Origin: Cyanidioschyzon merolae
Taxonomy: Eukaryota
NCBI GenBank assembly: GCA_000091205.1
Contig: AP006500.2
DNA length: 64,000 nucleotides
Strand: one strand, 5' to 3'
Shown in pieces: positions 10,626 to 23,002 of this stretch. Below the pieces are notes generated by a model. It ran no database searches, had not been told where the DNA came from, and worked only from the letters and a program-made list of their open reading frames with translations. Each line of letters starts with the position of its first letter. Within the stretch, counting starts at the first letter, position 1. The translations under genes were made by a program, and so were the position numbers.

Positions 10626-12914
10626 CCATAGGCAGCTTCTCAACTTCGATAGCCTCGCCATGAGAAGTTCGATCCACAAAACCTACATAAATCTCGTGCA
10701 TGGTGCTCTGTTCCGCTCTCTTCTTCTCTACCTGTTTCAGCGTACATCCCAGCCCATAATGCGTGTACGTTGTCCTGAACACATTGATGGGAATCGTGTA
10801 GAATCGTTTCCTGCACTCGTTATACGATGTCGTCGATTGCGCGTTAGTGCAGCGCTTGTGCGCTCAAATACGTCCATGTCGTTGACAACCACCATGAAAC
10901 AACGCGACTCGTCAGTACTTTAGTTTTTCGGCTCCTTGAATAAGTTGGAAGAATGCGCAAGTCGTCTGGGTGCGCGCAACCGAACGCGTTGGCGAGACCA
11001 GCACAGACTCAGGTACTCCTGGCAAAAATCGTCTGCGTGAGGCAGTTGGACGCTCATACAATCTCTGAATAAAGCGCGCACAGCATTGTCCTCCAATCGA
11101 ACCGGTCGCCAGCGCGTAGAGAAGGGTCCTGATGGCACCAGTCCTCTTTTCGCTCAGCGTTGTGGCGTCCACCGTGCCCGTCTGCCCGTAAAATCGGGCC
11201 ACGGAAAAGTCAAAGAGCATTGTCTACGTTTTTGTGCTCAGGTCGTTGCCAATGTGCCTTTGATTTAGAGGTACGGAAACGGCGATGACGTCCTTCAACC
11301 AGGGATCTACGCTTAACGCAAATTCTTTCTCTTCATCTACTGTGGACGATGAGAAATATGTTTTGTTCCAGGGCTGAGGCCTAGTTTTGTGAGAGTTCGT
11401 GCAGATTGGTATTCAATTGGTCTCTGTTGCTTCTGTGAGCTTCGTTCCGCGTCATGCAAACATGAAACCACGAGCGGGCTTCGCGAATAATCTTCGCGAT
11501 GTTCCTTGAATGCATCATCGTCGCTCTTTAAGACTGACTCCTTTTTCCTTTTCTTGTTTCCTTTGCGGGATCACATAGATGTGAGCGCTATGCGCCATCC
11601 CTGGTTTTCACTCGGGAGGTGGATTTCGTCGATGGAGAATGGTTCTGAATTCCGCAAGCTGTACGGATGTATCTAGTTTTGCTCAAGTACCTGTTCGTTA
11701 CGTCCTCTGTCGCGAGCACGCCCATGGTCCGAATCGTCTCTTTCCACCGCCACCCGCGCACGAGCAGAGAAGTAACATAGCAGCTCAGGGCTGGCGAAGT
11801 TAGAGAGCGATTTGGAGGAGTATGGTGTTCCAGATGCAAACGACTCGTTTATTGATCCGTGAAGGCAGAATGCCATTTGACAACAGAGAAGAGGCCTTCG
11901 ATTGCATTGGACAGGCTAGACAAGGCAGCCACGAAGCGCAGCTGAGTGCTAATCCCAAATGCACACTCGTTGACCCTAGTAGAGTGGCAAAATTCGATTC
12001 GGCCTACGAGCAGGGCAGAGAAATGTGCGAAGAAGAAGCCACGTGTCGTGCATGGGCGAAGGATGAAGCGTAGAACGATCCTATCAGTTCGGCGAGTTGT
12101 TAGCGACCACAGGATCGCATGGCGGCAACAGCTTAAGATGTCGTCAATTTTGCGTGTTTCTTGTTAACGAGCAGCAGTTTGCCTCTCTTTTCGTACCCAT
12201 GCACAGGTCTTCCGCGTCTCCTGAACGAAGCCTCTTCGAGCGACATGAAGACCGTTCGTTCGTCTCCTGTGGATTCGTAGTTCAGTACGAAATCGGTAGT
12301 GTCTTGATCGACGCTCGACGGTTTCCCATAGGAGCGCGTTTTCTTCTGTGTCCGTTGGTGTCTCTTCATCATCGGTCACATCAACTGTACGGAAATATTA
12401 TATTGTGTAGCTTGTTTGGTATTATTTCTAAGAGAGCGTATGGCGTCGATCGGATTGATGAGACGACATTCGCGTGACTCGAGGTTCATGAGTTTACTGT
12501 CTTGGGTACTCGACCTTCAGAATAAAGACTAGGCGAAGAATGGTTCGTGCAGCAGCTCACCGAAGCACGACTGACTTGTTCAACTGAGACTCGTTCTGGC
12601 GAGCTCATCGTGACAGCGTCAAGTCTTCCCGTAACCTCTCTCCAGTCTCCAAGATACGTTCCTATTACTGAAACCCCGCGAGAGACAAAAACCAAAACAT
12701 TGATCGACGTGCTGCTACAGGAGCTCCAGCAAACACTGCTGTGCATATCTGACGCGTTACCGCTCCCGCTCCAACACGTCTGCGCACTAGCAGCACTCGA
12801 GGCCTGGCGCCTGCGCGATGCCGCCCGTGCTACCAGCACCACCACCAACACCAACACCGCCCTTGCAGCGAACTGTATTCGACTCCAATGTGCTGCAGTA
12901 CGCAATCGCTTGGC

Positions 12915-12938
12915 TGCACTGCACTGCACTGCACTGCA
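12915..12938. repeat. (GCACT)n pentanucleotide microsatellite, about 4-5 units, next to a CCA/CAA-rich tract
   Basis: Read directly from the sequence. Lies about 350 bp upstream of the Hop/STI1 start. Confidence 0.8.
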
Positions 12939-13272
12939 CGAACGGCTGCAAAATACGTTGCCCGTATCTGCGGGGCGCCCTGCAGTGCCCCGCCGATCTA
13001 TGGCACACATCTCTGGCACCGCCGGCGTGCCGGCATCCGTCGACGCCCTTCCCGAATGTTCGCCTCGCCGGCGAGCGCTGAGATTCTGGTACAAAACGCC
13101 TTATCCATCATCTCCGTGAACGGCGTGCGTCCTTCGCGTCTGTGGCGAACAATCTGGGATTTCGACTCGTGCATCAGACAGTGTGAAGAGAGAACCTACG
13201 TCCTGACATCGCTTTGCGGAAAATAGCCCTCCTGAGCACCGCTTGAACGAATTTTGCAGGCTTGGTGGCAGC

Positions 13273-15084
13273 ATGGTGGAGCCCGGAGCCGACGGAGACG
13301 CCGCACTTGCCGAGCAACGAAAGCAACAGGGTAACGAAGCATTCGCCGCCAGAGACTTTGACGCTGCAGTACGCTACTTTTCGGAGGCGATTGAGCTGGA
13401 TCCATCGAATAACGTTTTGTACTCTAATAGATCAGCGGCCTATGCGTCTATGGGCGCATACGAGGAGGCTTTGGCAGACGCAGAGCGCTGTATCGAGCTG
13501 GCGCCGCAGTGGCCGAAAGGATACTCTCGTCGAGGTGCAGCGCTCGCTGGTCTGGGTGAGTTTGATCAAGCCGAAGAAGCCTACCGCCAGGGTTTATCGA
13601 TCGATCCCGATAATGCTGCCCTGAAGAAGGGTCTAGACGAGTTGGCGCAGCTGAGGCAACGAGGTCCAGACTCGGGAGCAGGCGCTGCCGGGGGTTTCCC
13701 CGCGGAGCTGTTGCGAGCCCTGGCCACCAATCCGCGGGCGCGAGAGCTCTTGCAGGATCCATCCATTCTAAGTGCTCTCCAAGGTCTGAACGATCCGTCG
13801 AAACTGATGGAGGTTTTGCGCAACCCGAAAATACAAGAAATTTTCAATTTGATCTCGGGAACGCAAGGGCAAGCGTCACAACAATCGTCGTCGTCATCGA
13901 TTTTTGGAACGGACGCAGGTGGCCGTGATATTGAAGGCGCTCCTGGTCATGAACAGGGAACAGACGAGACATTGAATGCATCAGCGCCTGGTGACAATGT
14001 CGAAGCTGCATCAGAAGCCCCGAGGGCAGGCCCGGAGCAAGCTGTAGCGAACGGCGATACCGCCATGAACGCTGCGGATTCAGATGATGACGGCGACGCT
14101 GATAAGTCTAGTAGAGCTGAAGCTGAACGCGAGAAGGAGCTTGGTAACGCCGCATACAAGCAAAGAAAATTCGAGGAGGCATTGAAGCACTATCGCAGAG
14201 CTCAGGAGCTCAACCCGCGTGAGCTTGTGTACATCTTGAACGAGGCAGCGGTCTACTTTGAAATGAAAGATTATCAAAAGACAATAGAATTGTGCCAATG
14301 GGCGATCGACCGCAATCAAGAGGAGAATCTCGGAGCCGATTTCCCGGTCATTGCGAAAGCGTACGCGCGGATTGCGAGCGCCTACGACCGCCTTGGCGAT
14401 TTTGATGCCGCGATCAAGGCCTACGAGAAGTCGCTGGTGGAGCACCATGACCCACGCGTTGCAATGAAGCTTCAGGACTGTCGTCGGCGAAAGAAAAAGC
14501 ACGAGGAGGAAGCCTACATTGACGAGGAAAAGTCACAAAAGGCGCGCGAGGAGGGTAACGCTGCTTTCAAGGCAGCTGACTTTCCCAAGGCCATCGAGTG
14601 GTATACAGAGGCACATCGTCGCAACCCGCGCGACCCGGTGCCGCTCTCGAATCGCGCCGCCGCGTATATCAAGCTCGGAGAAATCCCGTCAGCGCTGCGC
14701 GACATCGACAAGGCACTCGAGCTTGATCCGAAATTTGTTCGCGCGTACGTGCGCAAAGGCCAGGCGCACATGCTCATGAAGGAGTATCACAAGGCGCTGG
14801 ACGCCTACGAGAAGGGGTTGGAATTAGATCCGAACAACGCGGAGCTGCGGGAAGGCTATGCCAAAGTGCTGGTTGCGATACAGTCGACCGATCATGATCC
14901 TGCGCGCGCTGAACGAGCCATGTCGGATCCAGAGATTCAGTCCATCCTCATGGATCCGCAAATGGGCATTCTCTTGAAGAATATGGAGAGCGATCCATCC
15001 GCTGTTCAGTCAGCAATGAGCAACCCTGGCGTTGCACGTAAGATCCGTAAGCTGATCGCGGCAGGAATCATTCGAACGGCGTAG
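13273..15084 (+). CDS. STI1: Hsp70-Hsp90 organising protein (Hop/STI1), a TPR-repeat co-chaperone
   Basis: 603-aa ORF. The N-terminal TPR1 block QGNEAFAARDFDAAVRYFSEAIELDPSNNVLYSNRSAAYASMGAYEEALADAERCIELAPQWPKGYSRRGAALAGLGEFDQAEEAYRQGLSIDP is diagnostic of Hop. There are further TPR2A/TPR2B blocks and DP-repeat regions (SDPEIQSILMDPQMGILLKNMESDPSAVQ). ATG at 13273; the track start at 13243 is a TTG. Confidence 0.9.
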   Translation: MVEPGADGDAALAEQRKQQGNEAFAARDFDAAVRYFSEAIELDPSNNVLYSNRSAAYASMGAYEEALADAERCIELAPQWPKGYSRRGAALAGLGEFDQAEEAYRQGLSIDPDNAALKKGLDELAQLRQRGPDSGAGAAGGFPAELLRALATNPRARELLQDPSILSALQGLNDPSKLMEVLRNPKIQEIFNLISGTQGQASQQSSSSSIFGTDAGGRDIEGAPGHEQGTDETLNASAPGDNVEAASEAPRAGPEQAVANGDTAMNAADSDDDGDADKSSRAEAEREKELGNAAYKQRKFEEALKHYRRAQELNPRELVYILNEAAVYFEMKDYQKTIELCQWAIDRNQEENLGADFPVIAKAYARIASAYDRLGDFDAAIKAYEKSLVEHHDPRVAMKLQDCRRRKKKHEEEAYIDEEKSQKAREEGNAAFKAADFPKAIEWYTEAHRRNPRDPVPLSNRAAAYIKLGEIPSALRDIDKALELDPKFVRAYVRKGQAHMLMKEYHKALDAYEKGLELDPNNAELREGYAKVLVAIQSTDHDPARAERAMSDPEIQSILMDPQMGILLKNMESDPSAVQSAMSNPGVARKIRKLIAAGIIRTA

Positions 15085-16329
15085 CGTCCAGGAGTCATCA
15101 GCGCTCGCGGTAACTACGGTAAACACACCTTGGTCTCGCTGAACGACCACGAGGCGCTTGCCTGTGTCTCACGAACAGGAGCCTCGCGCAGCCAAGCGTC
15201 GCTCATATCCCGTGCGCTATTTCTCAACATGGTGCCTGCTCAGCATCCCTTGTGCAGTGACGAGTTATGGATGCCAACTGTTCTTCCGCGAGTCAGCCTC
15301 GTCGACGCACCGTTCGCATACGAGACGCTACGATGCTCTCGTAAGCGTCTACCTACCTGGATACCCATCAATCTACCTACCTGCTTTCCTGCTCGCCTGT
15401 GTGAAGTTGCAAAGCTTAGTGCAGTGACTGCGGGTATATGGACCCGGATGGAGCGCTGGTCTGTGTAAAGAGTCATCAGGTCGAATCTAGTCACAAACTA
15501 TTTATTAAAGAACAACTATCTTAAGGCCCCACACACCACGCCGGCCTAAGAGGTCTAGTTTTTCCAGAGGAGCACTGAAAGTGGATTAACGCCGGGTGTT
15601 TGGGCGACGGGGAAGGAAGCCCACACCAAGGACCTGGACCGTAACGAACGGAGGCGCGGAGGCAGGAGCAGCAGAGAATGATGACGAGAGTTCTGAGTCG
15701 TTATCCGCTGCTCTCGAAACAACGCTGAAGGCTCCGTCGCAAATCCTGGATCCATACTCGAACTCGGGCTCAGTTTTACCTTCTACCATGGTTACCTACC
15801 TCAACTGTGGAAACAGACTCGGCGGATACTTTGGAAGACGGCTGGCGGTATGTTCGCGGTCGAAGCTAGAATAAGCGACTTACCCGCCTATGTGTTTGGG
15901 GAGCGGATTCGAAGCCACTGAAAGGCTGGTTCCTAGACTGTTCCCAGTGGTTGAGGGTAGCTTCACGCGTCCGGAAAGACAAAGGTCGCATTCGAATCGA
16001 CCTTGACTAATGTACTTCTGATTCTACGCTAGCGCTGCGGCAGACACGCAGTGAACGACTGGAATGCAGGAGGCAATGGTGGCGTGTGCTCTCACACACC
16101 CCGTGGAAGGTGCGTCTAAATCGACAACGTATCTCTGGAGTACCGCAGCGTTACTCCTATTCCCTTATGCGCTACGACTCGATAGGTTTCGCATCATGGA
16201 ATATTAGCGGGACCGCCTCGGTATTTAACTACGAGATATCGAATTACTAGTAGAGTAAAGAGGAACTAATACAAGTCGAGGACTCTACAATAGGAAAAGA
16301 GACCCAACGAGGTACGGAGAAGGAGACAC

Positions 16330-18700
16330 AGAAACCTCATGATCCCCTTACATGCAAAATAACCAGAGAAAGCAGCTCAGGAAAGAGCCCGAAGAAGAAA
16401 AAGACCAGCAAGAAAAAAACAGAAGAATAGAAAGAAGAACTCCCAAACGAGCCCATCACAAGGTATCCCCCGAAAGGGCACCCCTGCGGGAACTCGAGAA
16501 AGCCGTCGCCAAACCCAGGCACCTACTCACAACGCTGAAGATCCGAAAAGCCGTGCATGCAAGTCTTTAGACCAATTGGCACGCGAGTTTGTAGATGAGA
16601 ATCAGAAGATCGCCAGAGAACTGGGACTGCTGGCACCAGAACGCAACAGTTGCAATCCGCAGTACCTGAAACGACGTACCAAAACTCGGATTGATGAATG
16701 CTACCGAGTCTATAAGATCGTCAACCGCACCGCCATACACGCCAACGCCGGAGACAAAGAAGCGAAGGCAGCGCTACCGGCGCTACAGGCGCAACATGAG
16801 GAAGCTATCAAAAGAACGAAGAAACTTTCCAGAGAAGACAAACGAGAGGATCGAAACCGCAGAATCGCCTCCCTGACGAAATCTATGCTGGAGAGCACCA
16901 CCGAAGATGAGACCTGGCGCTACATCCGATCGAGACTGAACCCACCAAAAAAGTGCTTGGGGTTCACAGGAATCGTTTACAAGGAAGAGCTGAGGACGGA
17001 GCGTGCCTCAGTGAACGAGGCCTGGACGGACCACTGGACAGAGCTGCATGAAGACGCAACTGGGCACTGCCAAGACCGAATCTATTGGCTCCAATATGCT
17101 GCAGAAGTAGCACGCCTCGAACCGGTACCGGAATGGAACGACCCAATCTTCTGGCCTGAATCTGTCCGGACCCTGCTATGCTCAAGCAACCGCAAAACAC
17201 CTGGCTTTGACGGTATCCCTACGGAGTGGATGAAACTGGTGACCCCAAAAGACGGGACAACAGGGACACCATCGATACCAGATGAACCTGACACAACGTT
17301 AGGTAAACGCCTTGTGGAGCTCATCCAACGCATGTTCGAAGAGGCGTACATCCCGGATGTATGGAGGGCTGCCGAGGTCGTACCGATCCTCAAAAAGGAC
17401 TCCAACACACACACACAGACATGGAAACTACCGGACTATGCGCCTCATCCCGTAAATCATGAAGCTACTTTGCGCCATCCTCACGAACCAGATCCAGAGG
17501 CGCCTCGAGGAGCGCAAGTTCCTTGCCCCAGAACAGGCTGGATTTCGGAGCCGCGAGGAGTGCATGAGCCATGCTCTGACCCTCATTGAAGTGGCGCAAC
17601 GTCGCTCCATTAGCGATCAACAACCAATTTACGTATGCTTCATCGACTTTCAAAAGGTTTTTGACACGGCCCCGCATGAGGCTCTATTTCTGAAGATGGA
17701 ACGAGCCGGAGTCTCCGGAAAGTGCTTAGCGTTCTTCCGTGCGCTCTATGTAGACTCATGGATGCACATGCGACTGGGCGACGGCTCAAGAATCCCTTCG
17801 ATAAGGATCTGCCATGGACTGCGACAGAGCGACCCCGCATCCCCGCTCCTTTTCAACATCTTCATCAACGATCTGCTTAACAACTGCAGACAATACGGGC
17901 TTGAGGTGCCGTGGATAGACTGTGGAGATGCCCGATGAGGAGCCCTCACATAGGAACCGCCTCGCAGGCCTTCTATTCGCGGACGATGTCGTGCTGTTGG
18001 CACCCGCCCCGGAAACGCTCGCGGCAAGCATGCAACAAATCAGCGCCTGGGCCGATCGCTGGGAGATGAGCATAGGAGCATCGAAGTGCGGCGTCATGGT
18101 CATCCATGGAGACTCGCAGCGCATTCGCAGTCGCTCGTGGCGGTTGCAGAATTAGGAAATTCCGATCGTGGAAAAATATCGCTATCTGCAGGGTCTGTCT
18201 CACGCCGACGCTCGACGAAAAGGCACACGTTGACGAGATGATCGCCAAGATGCATAGAGGTACAGCGATCGCACGCCCATTCCTATCCGACCCCTCTATC
18301 TGCATAGCAATCCGTACGAGGGCACTAAGGATGTGTATCATCCAGCCTGCGAGCTGGGGTGCTGAGTGGTGCGGATTGAAGCACCCAAATGCCTCGCCTC
18401 TGCAGACAGCCGCCAACACGGCAATGCGACTCGTTGTTGTTGGATGCTCAATGCAGAGCAGAGCAACCACCGCGCTGACACCCGGACGTGAACTCCAAAT
18501 ACCCTCGACAGAAGCGATAGCAGCAGGCTACCGGGCATGTATACGGGCCAAAGGGCCCACTATGCGCACATGTTTGAGTCGGATTTTCATGCAGACCCCA
18601 ACGCACCGCAAGAACACTTGGATGAAATCAACGCAGATTTGGTTGGAGCGCCTCTTGGGCGAAAATGCGCTCCCCAATCGTTCCCCAGAAATATAGAAGG
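16330..18700 (+). mobile_element. Non-LTR (LINE-like) retrotransposon remnant: reverse-transcriptase domain split over at least three reading frames, apparently 5'-truncated with no AP-endonuclease domain upstream
   Basis: RT motifs in order. Domain 0/1: PGFDGIPTEWMKL...IPDVWRAAEVVPILKKDSN (ORF 16576..17589). Domains 2-3: KLLCAILTNQIQRRLE...EQAGFRSREEC...IYVCFIDFQKVFDTAPHEALF (ORF 17459..17938). Domain 4: HGLRQSDPASPLLFNIFINDL. Domain 5: LLFADDVVLLAP, FADD in place of YxDD (ORF 17922..18155). Thumb: KYRYLQ...RALRMCIIQPASWGAEWCG (about 18170-18360). The frame changes between segments mean it is not an intact ORF. The 3' limit is uncertain; an A/G-rich tract at about 19655-19685 could be the tail. 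Confidence 0.75.
16576..18520 (+). pseudogene. Frameshifted reverse-transcriptase ORF2 remnant of the LINE-like element
   Basis: The same RT motif series as above, requiring at least two frame changes, near 17400-17460 and 17930. An A-rich, low-complexity 5' region at 16337-16450. Confidence 0.7.
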
Positions 18701-20032
18701 CTCCCGCCGCCTCAAGCGAACGGTCCAAACAATATGGGAACGTAGACACGGTACCAGTCGCGCCAGTAACGCCGGCTTGACTCTATACCGGAACTGCAAC
18801 CTAGCGTACACATGCAAGCACTGATGGGAGGCGCTGGAATTCCCGGGGCTTGCTCGAGGTACCCAGTGGCTCGCCAAAATCCGCGTTGGTGGCATCTGGC
18901 TACCAGCACCGTCTCTAAGCCGTATAGGAACACTGGAATCGCACTGGGAATCACACTGTCCCTGCTGAGGAAACGAGACCCCCCGAGACGCTGACATATT
19001 TAGGCTTATAGTGCCCGCGCTGGAGACAGGAGCACAGCGAGTTCCTTGAAAGACACTAGCAGCTGGGCATCGCCGTGATAGTCGAAGGCCGGACACTCAC
19101 TCTGAGTGTAGCACTGGCAACTGATGGTCCGCTAACCGAGCCTCAGCGCTCATTAGTGGCGAACAAACTCACACCCTACCTTCTAGGCGCAAGGTCCAGC
19201 GAATCGGATACGCACACGGGTTTAGTGCTCTCTACGCCTACCCACTGGTGGGTGTCAAGCACAAACCCGCATTGCCAACCAACAACAACGCATTCCATGC
19301 ATGATCACGGAGGAGAGAGGCGGCTCCCAGGATATATCCTAACAGCCAAGTTTCTCCAGCGTGTCGTGCAGCGAAGGCAAGCCTGCATCCGCAGGCTGTC
19401 CGAGCACAAACTGACGACGAGACCCGACTCTACGTCGGATGAAGCACGCCTCGAGCCGACGCCCTCTGTGCTATAGAAGAGCCGTTCTAACTCTATGACT
19501 CGTTCGTACCAAAGGTAAACACGCAATTGCGGATGATTTGGACAGTCAATTGGCACAAGATAGGACGTGTGAAACCACCAGAGTATCCTAGAAGAAGTAT
19601 AGCTAAAGTGACTTGAAGGAAGGTGTCGATGGGTGGATACTTCACCGCGCACTGAAAGAAAAGAGAAAGAAAAGAAAAAGCGCACAATCGAGGAACGCTA
19701 CCCGATGGGAACGTTTTGTCTATGAAAAAATCCGCCACCGCTTGGCGGATGCGCACGCCAGGGGAAACGGCGCTCCAGCAACAGCGATTCGAAAGCGGCA
19801 GCGGATCCGCGCTGTGGCAAGGCGATCGCGCACGCGCGCGCGCGCGCTCACTTCAAACCTCGCGCCTGATTGCTCCTCCGAGCGCTGGGCATCCCGTAAC
19901 GAGCTACGCAACTTGCTAACTTGGGGTTTTCACGAGCGAGCTTCCCAGGGCTGAGCTGAACTGGTGTGCTGCACTTGCACCGGCTCGCGTACTGTTCTCT
20001 GCGTGGTGTCCCTGTCTGGCGCTCGCAGTGAA

Positions 20033-21316
20033 ATGAGCTCGCGGGGTTTACAGACGGGCGAAGTTGGATGTGACACACTTGCATCGGACGCACCTGACGA
20101 GCCAGCCTCAACGTCATCATCATCTCCATCGTCGTTTACTAGACCCCGTCGAAACGTCGCGCACGCTCATAAGAATGCAGCGAAAGGGAAAGTGCTGGCG
20201 CCAGGCAGGTTTCACGAATTGTTTCGAAAGTATTTGCACAAGTTTCGAGGCAAGGCGTGTTATATCGACCCTGAGATGCCTGCGTCATGGGCTCGTGCAG
20301 CGCGGCGGGCAGTCTACGCTTATGGTGCGCGTCTGCAGCCGTATTTTGACGCTGCTCTGTATTGCGTGATCACCCATAGAGCGCCTGGTGATTGTTCGCC
20401 GACGCTCGAACGTGCGCGACGGTGGCGGATCCATCTTTTACATTGCACGGACGGTCGGGTGCAGCGCTGGATCCGCGTCGGCGAATACGCAGCGGAATGG
20501 GCGCTGGCTGGTCTGCGAGCTTCGGCTGACGTTCATTGTATTGGCACGGCTGACGGAAAAGAGAACACCCCTGCACCAGTTGCATCAAGATGGAGAAGAA
20601 GAGGCGTTTCGAGCGTGCCCGCCGTGAAGCCCGACATACTCAAGCTACCGCGAGCATCCGGACCCGAAGCATGTCTGGCCCCGTCGAATGATCCACACAG
20701 GAGCCGATGTACTGGAACTCCGTTGCAGTGGCCATCGCAGCATGCACTTGTTTGTACCGAGGTCTTGACGTTGACGCCGACGGCGTCGAACGCGCTATCG
20801 ATTTCCGGTGTGGAACGTATTGCCGAGGCTGGAGCGTCTGCAATCACACCTATAGCGACTGCCGCATCAGTGTTGCGTTCTGCACGCGAGACCAGCACCT
20901 GTCTAGAGCAAGGTGGTGCGGCGATGTCGGCGGAGGAACCGATGCATTCGGGTTATTGTGAGCTTTGCAGCACGAGATTCCAGCATTATGCCGTACACCT
21001 CAAATCCTCCGAACATAGCCGACGTAGCAGGCGCATTGATTGGCGTCCACTCGATGCGCTGGCTATGGCGATCTACACAGAGAGATTGCGTGAGCGCTCG
21101 AGCCTCGCGAGGGCGATTGCCGCATCCGTACCGGTTTCGCCGATCTCGAGCAGGGATAGCTCTGTGATTTCAGATATGTCTTCGAGTTTGGGTGCCGCTT
21201 CCTTTATCGCGAAGCAGCAAGCCGGCGGGAAAGGCTCCGAAAGCCCGACAGGACCATTGCTGTACGCCGCAGCTGCTTCCGAGGACAGCGTGCGGAATCG
21301 GCTACTAGTCGGCTAG
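20033..21316 (+). CDS. Dbf4-type (CCHH) zinc-finger protein, a possible DBF4/Cdc7-activator homolog
   Basis: The motif GYCELCSTRFQHYAVHLKSSEHSRRS fits the zf-DBF consensus GYCExC-x8/9-H-x5-H (human DBF4 has [22 protein letters not shown]). A basic N-terminal region might be a motif-N/BRCT-like segment. ATG at 20033; the track start at 19964 is a GTG. The rest of the protein is low-complexity and S/A-rich. Confidence 0.55.
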   Translation: MSSRGLQTGEVGCDTLASDAPDEPASTSSSSPSSFTRPRRNVAHAHKNAAKGKVLAPGRFHELFRKYLHKFRGKACYIDPEMPASWARAARRAVYAYGARLQPYFDAALYCVITHRAPGDCSPTLERARRWRIHLLHCTDGRVQRWIRVGEYAAEWALAGLRASADVHCIGTADGKENTPAPVASRWRRRGVSSVPAVKPDILKLPRASGPEACLAPSNDPHRSRCTGTPLQWPSQHALVCTEVLTLTPTASNALSISGVERIAEAGASAITPIATAASVLRSARETSTCLEQGGAAMSAEEPMHSGYCELCSTRFQHYAVHLKSSEHSRRSRRIDWRPLDALAMAIYTERLRERSSLARAIAASVPVSPISSRDSSVISDMSSSLGAASFIAKQQAGGKGSESPTGPLLYAAAASEDSVRNRLLVG

Positions 21317-22128
21317 CCGCAGAGGCAAAAACACATACGTACGTACATGCACACGCAGACGCACACACAAATACGTTGTAAATCAAGCGGCATGTCGTCG
21401 ATAGTTGGCTAAATATCGATGCCCGCTGCGCTGGCCGTAGAAAGTCGTAGACTTTCCCGAACATCGGGAAGAGGCAGCCGTATAGCGGTCGTTCGTGTGA
21501 ATCCAGGCGCCGTGGTTGCGTTGCGCGCCCCAGCACCAACATGCTACCTGTCGTGCCCAGTTTCCAACGCAGTGCACCTCGCACGAGATGGAACCGTACT
21601 GTTAGTCGCGCAGACGCACATGCATGCTATTGGGACTGTCCCCAGGGGCATGAACTGCGCATCACAACGAGCGGTGGTGTTCGAACGGAGCAAGCTACAG
21701 TGCCGTCTTCTTTCCGACGAATGGTGTGCCTGCTCAGGGCCCGTGTTCCGCCCTGGACCAATACACGTGTGAACACCTTCAGAGCATCTCGCGATGTAAA
21801 CGCACCCGTCACAGTGTACGCCTGCTCGCACACGCGCGGTGCTTAAGAAAACTGATGCGCCTTCTTTCAATGATTATGTTCATTGCGCATCTGTCAAAAT
21901 CCCGCATACGCAACTTGCCGGGAAGCAATTCAGCGTCCAATAAACGGTATCAGCGGGGCTTGTGCTCTGAAACGCGATAAAGACCGTGCGTTTCTAGACG
22001 CTCTCTGTTGCGCGCTTGTCTGCGAGTGATGCAATGAGTGGACGCGGATAGCTCAAAGAAAAATCCACGCAGGGTGCAAGCAGTTCGTTGAGGGATTCAG
22101 CGGCAACCGGCTTCGATCCGTGCATCCC

Positions 22129-22149
22129 AGAGAGAGAGAGAGAGAGAGA
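22129..22149. repeat. (AG)n dinucleotide microsatellite
   Basis: About 10 AG units read directly. Intergenic, upstream of the proteasome gene. Confidence 0.9.
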
Positions 22150-23002
22150 CAAAAGGAACCTTAAACACCTCTCGTCAACAAGGAGCCGAGTCTGCGTCCG
22201 CTCCTGCCGATGCCTGCGGCGAGCAGAGGCGACACAACCAGAGCGTTGCGTCGTGAAGCGGGAAACCCAGACAAACTCGCATCCGATTTGCCAGACCCCA
22301 TACTTCGAGGGATTGGATTCGATTTGATCGGGCCTAACCTACCTAGTTCATGATAAATCGTTCGCTCAACCTGCTAGATGCTCTGGTTGTGTGCCGCAGC
22401 AAGACCAACGAAAAAAATACGATAAAGCGTTGCTTGCACCTCGAGCTGACATCCGTGCTTGTACCACAGGGCGTTCCAGCCGCCTTGCGGTGTATTCCAC
22501 GTTGCAGCGATTGTCCATAATAGACGCCCAGTACACGATGAATCACTGCATCTAGCGTACCTCCCGACATGGTGATTGGCCTAGAAGAAACGGAGCGAGG
22601 GCGCGCTCGCACAGGATTCGAGTTGTCTCCCGCTATTGCTGACGAAAATCTCAGGTTCGGATTGTTCCAGTGATTTTCCTCCTCTGCATCCGAACAATAG
22701 CTTCGCCAGGACTCATAGATACACGCAGCGTTGCACATGCATCCACAGCGCCGCTAGACCCCATAGCGTCGCTGGGTGCACTGCGGGCTGCGTATCGCAC
22801 CTGGGATACTTTGTCGCATATCTAACGCACGCACGCATCAAGGGACGTCTGCGGCTGAAACGCAGGGTGCCGCTGCCAGGCGCTCCTCGGTACCGCTGGA
22901 AGGCACTCTGGAAGCGCAGGCCAGTACGCGCACAGAGGCGAAAAGAGGAACACGGGACTAGTGCTGCACCCGATCCGAGTGTTGTCGTCTTGTGTGCCCA
23001 AC

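Noticed and set aside
15960-15995. tRNA-like T-arm (GGTCG cattcgaat CGACC)
   Set aside because: It has a 9-nt loop rather than the canonical 7-nt T-loop. I could not find an acceptor stem, D-arm or anticodon arm in the flanks. No convincing tRNA is present in the window.
19826-19850. (CG)8 alternating tract as a possible Z-DNA or regulatory element
   Set aside because: It is short and lies inside the decayed 3' region of the LINE-like element. There is no basis to assign a function.
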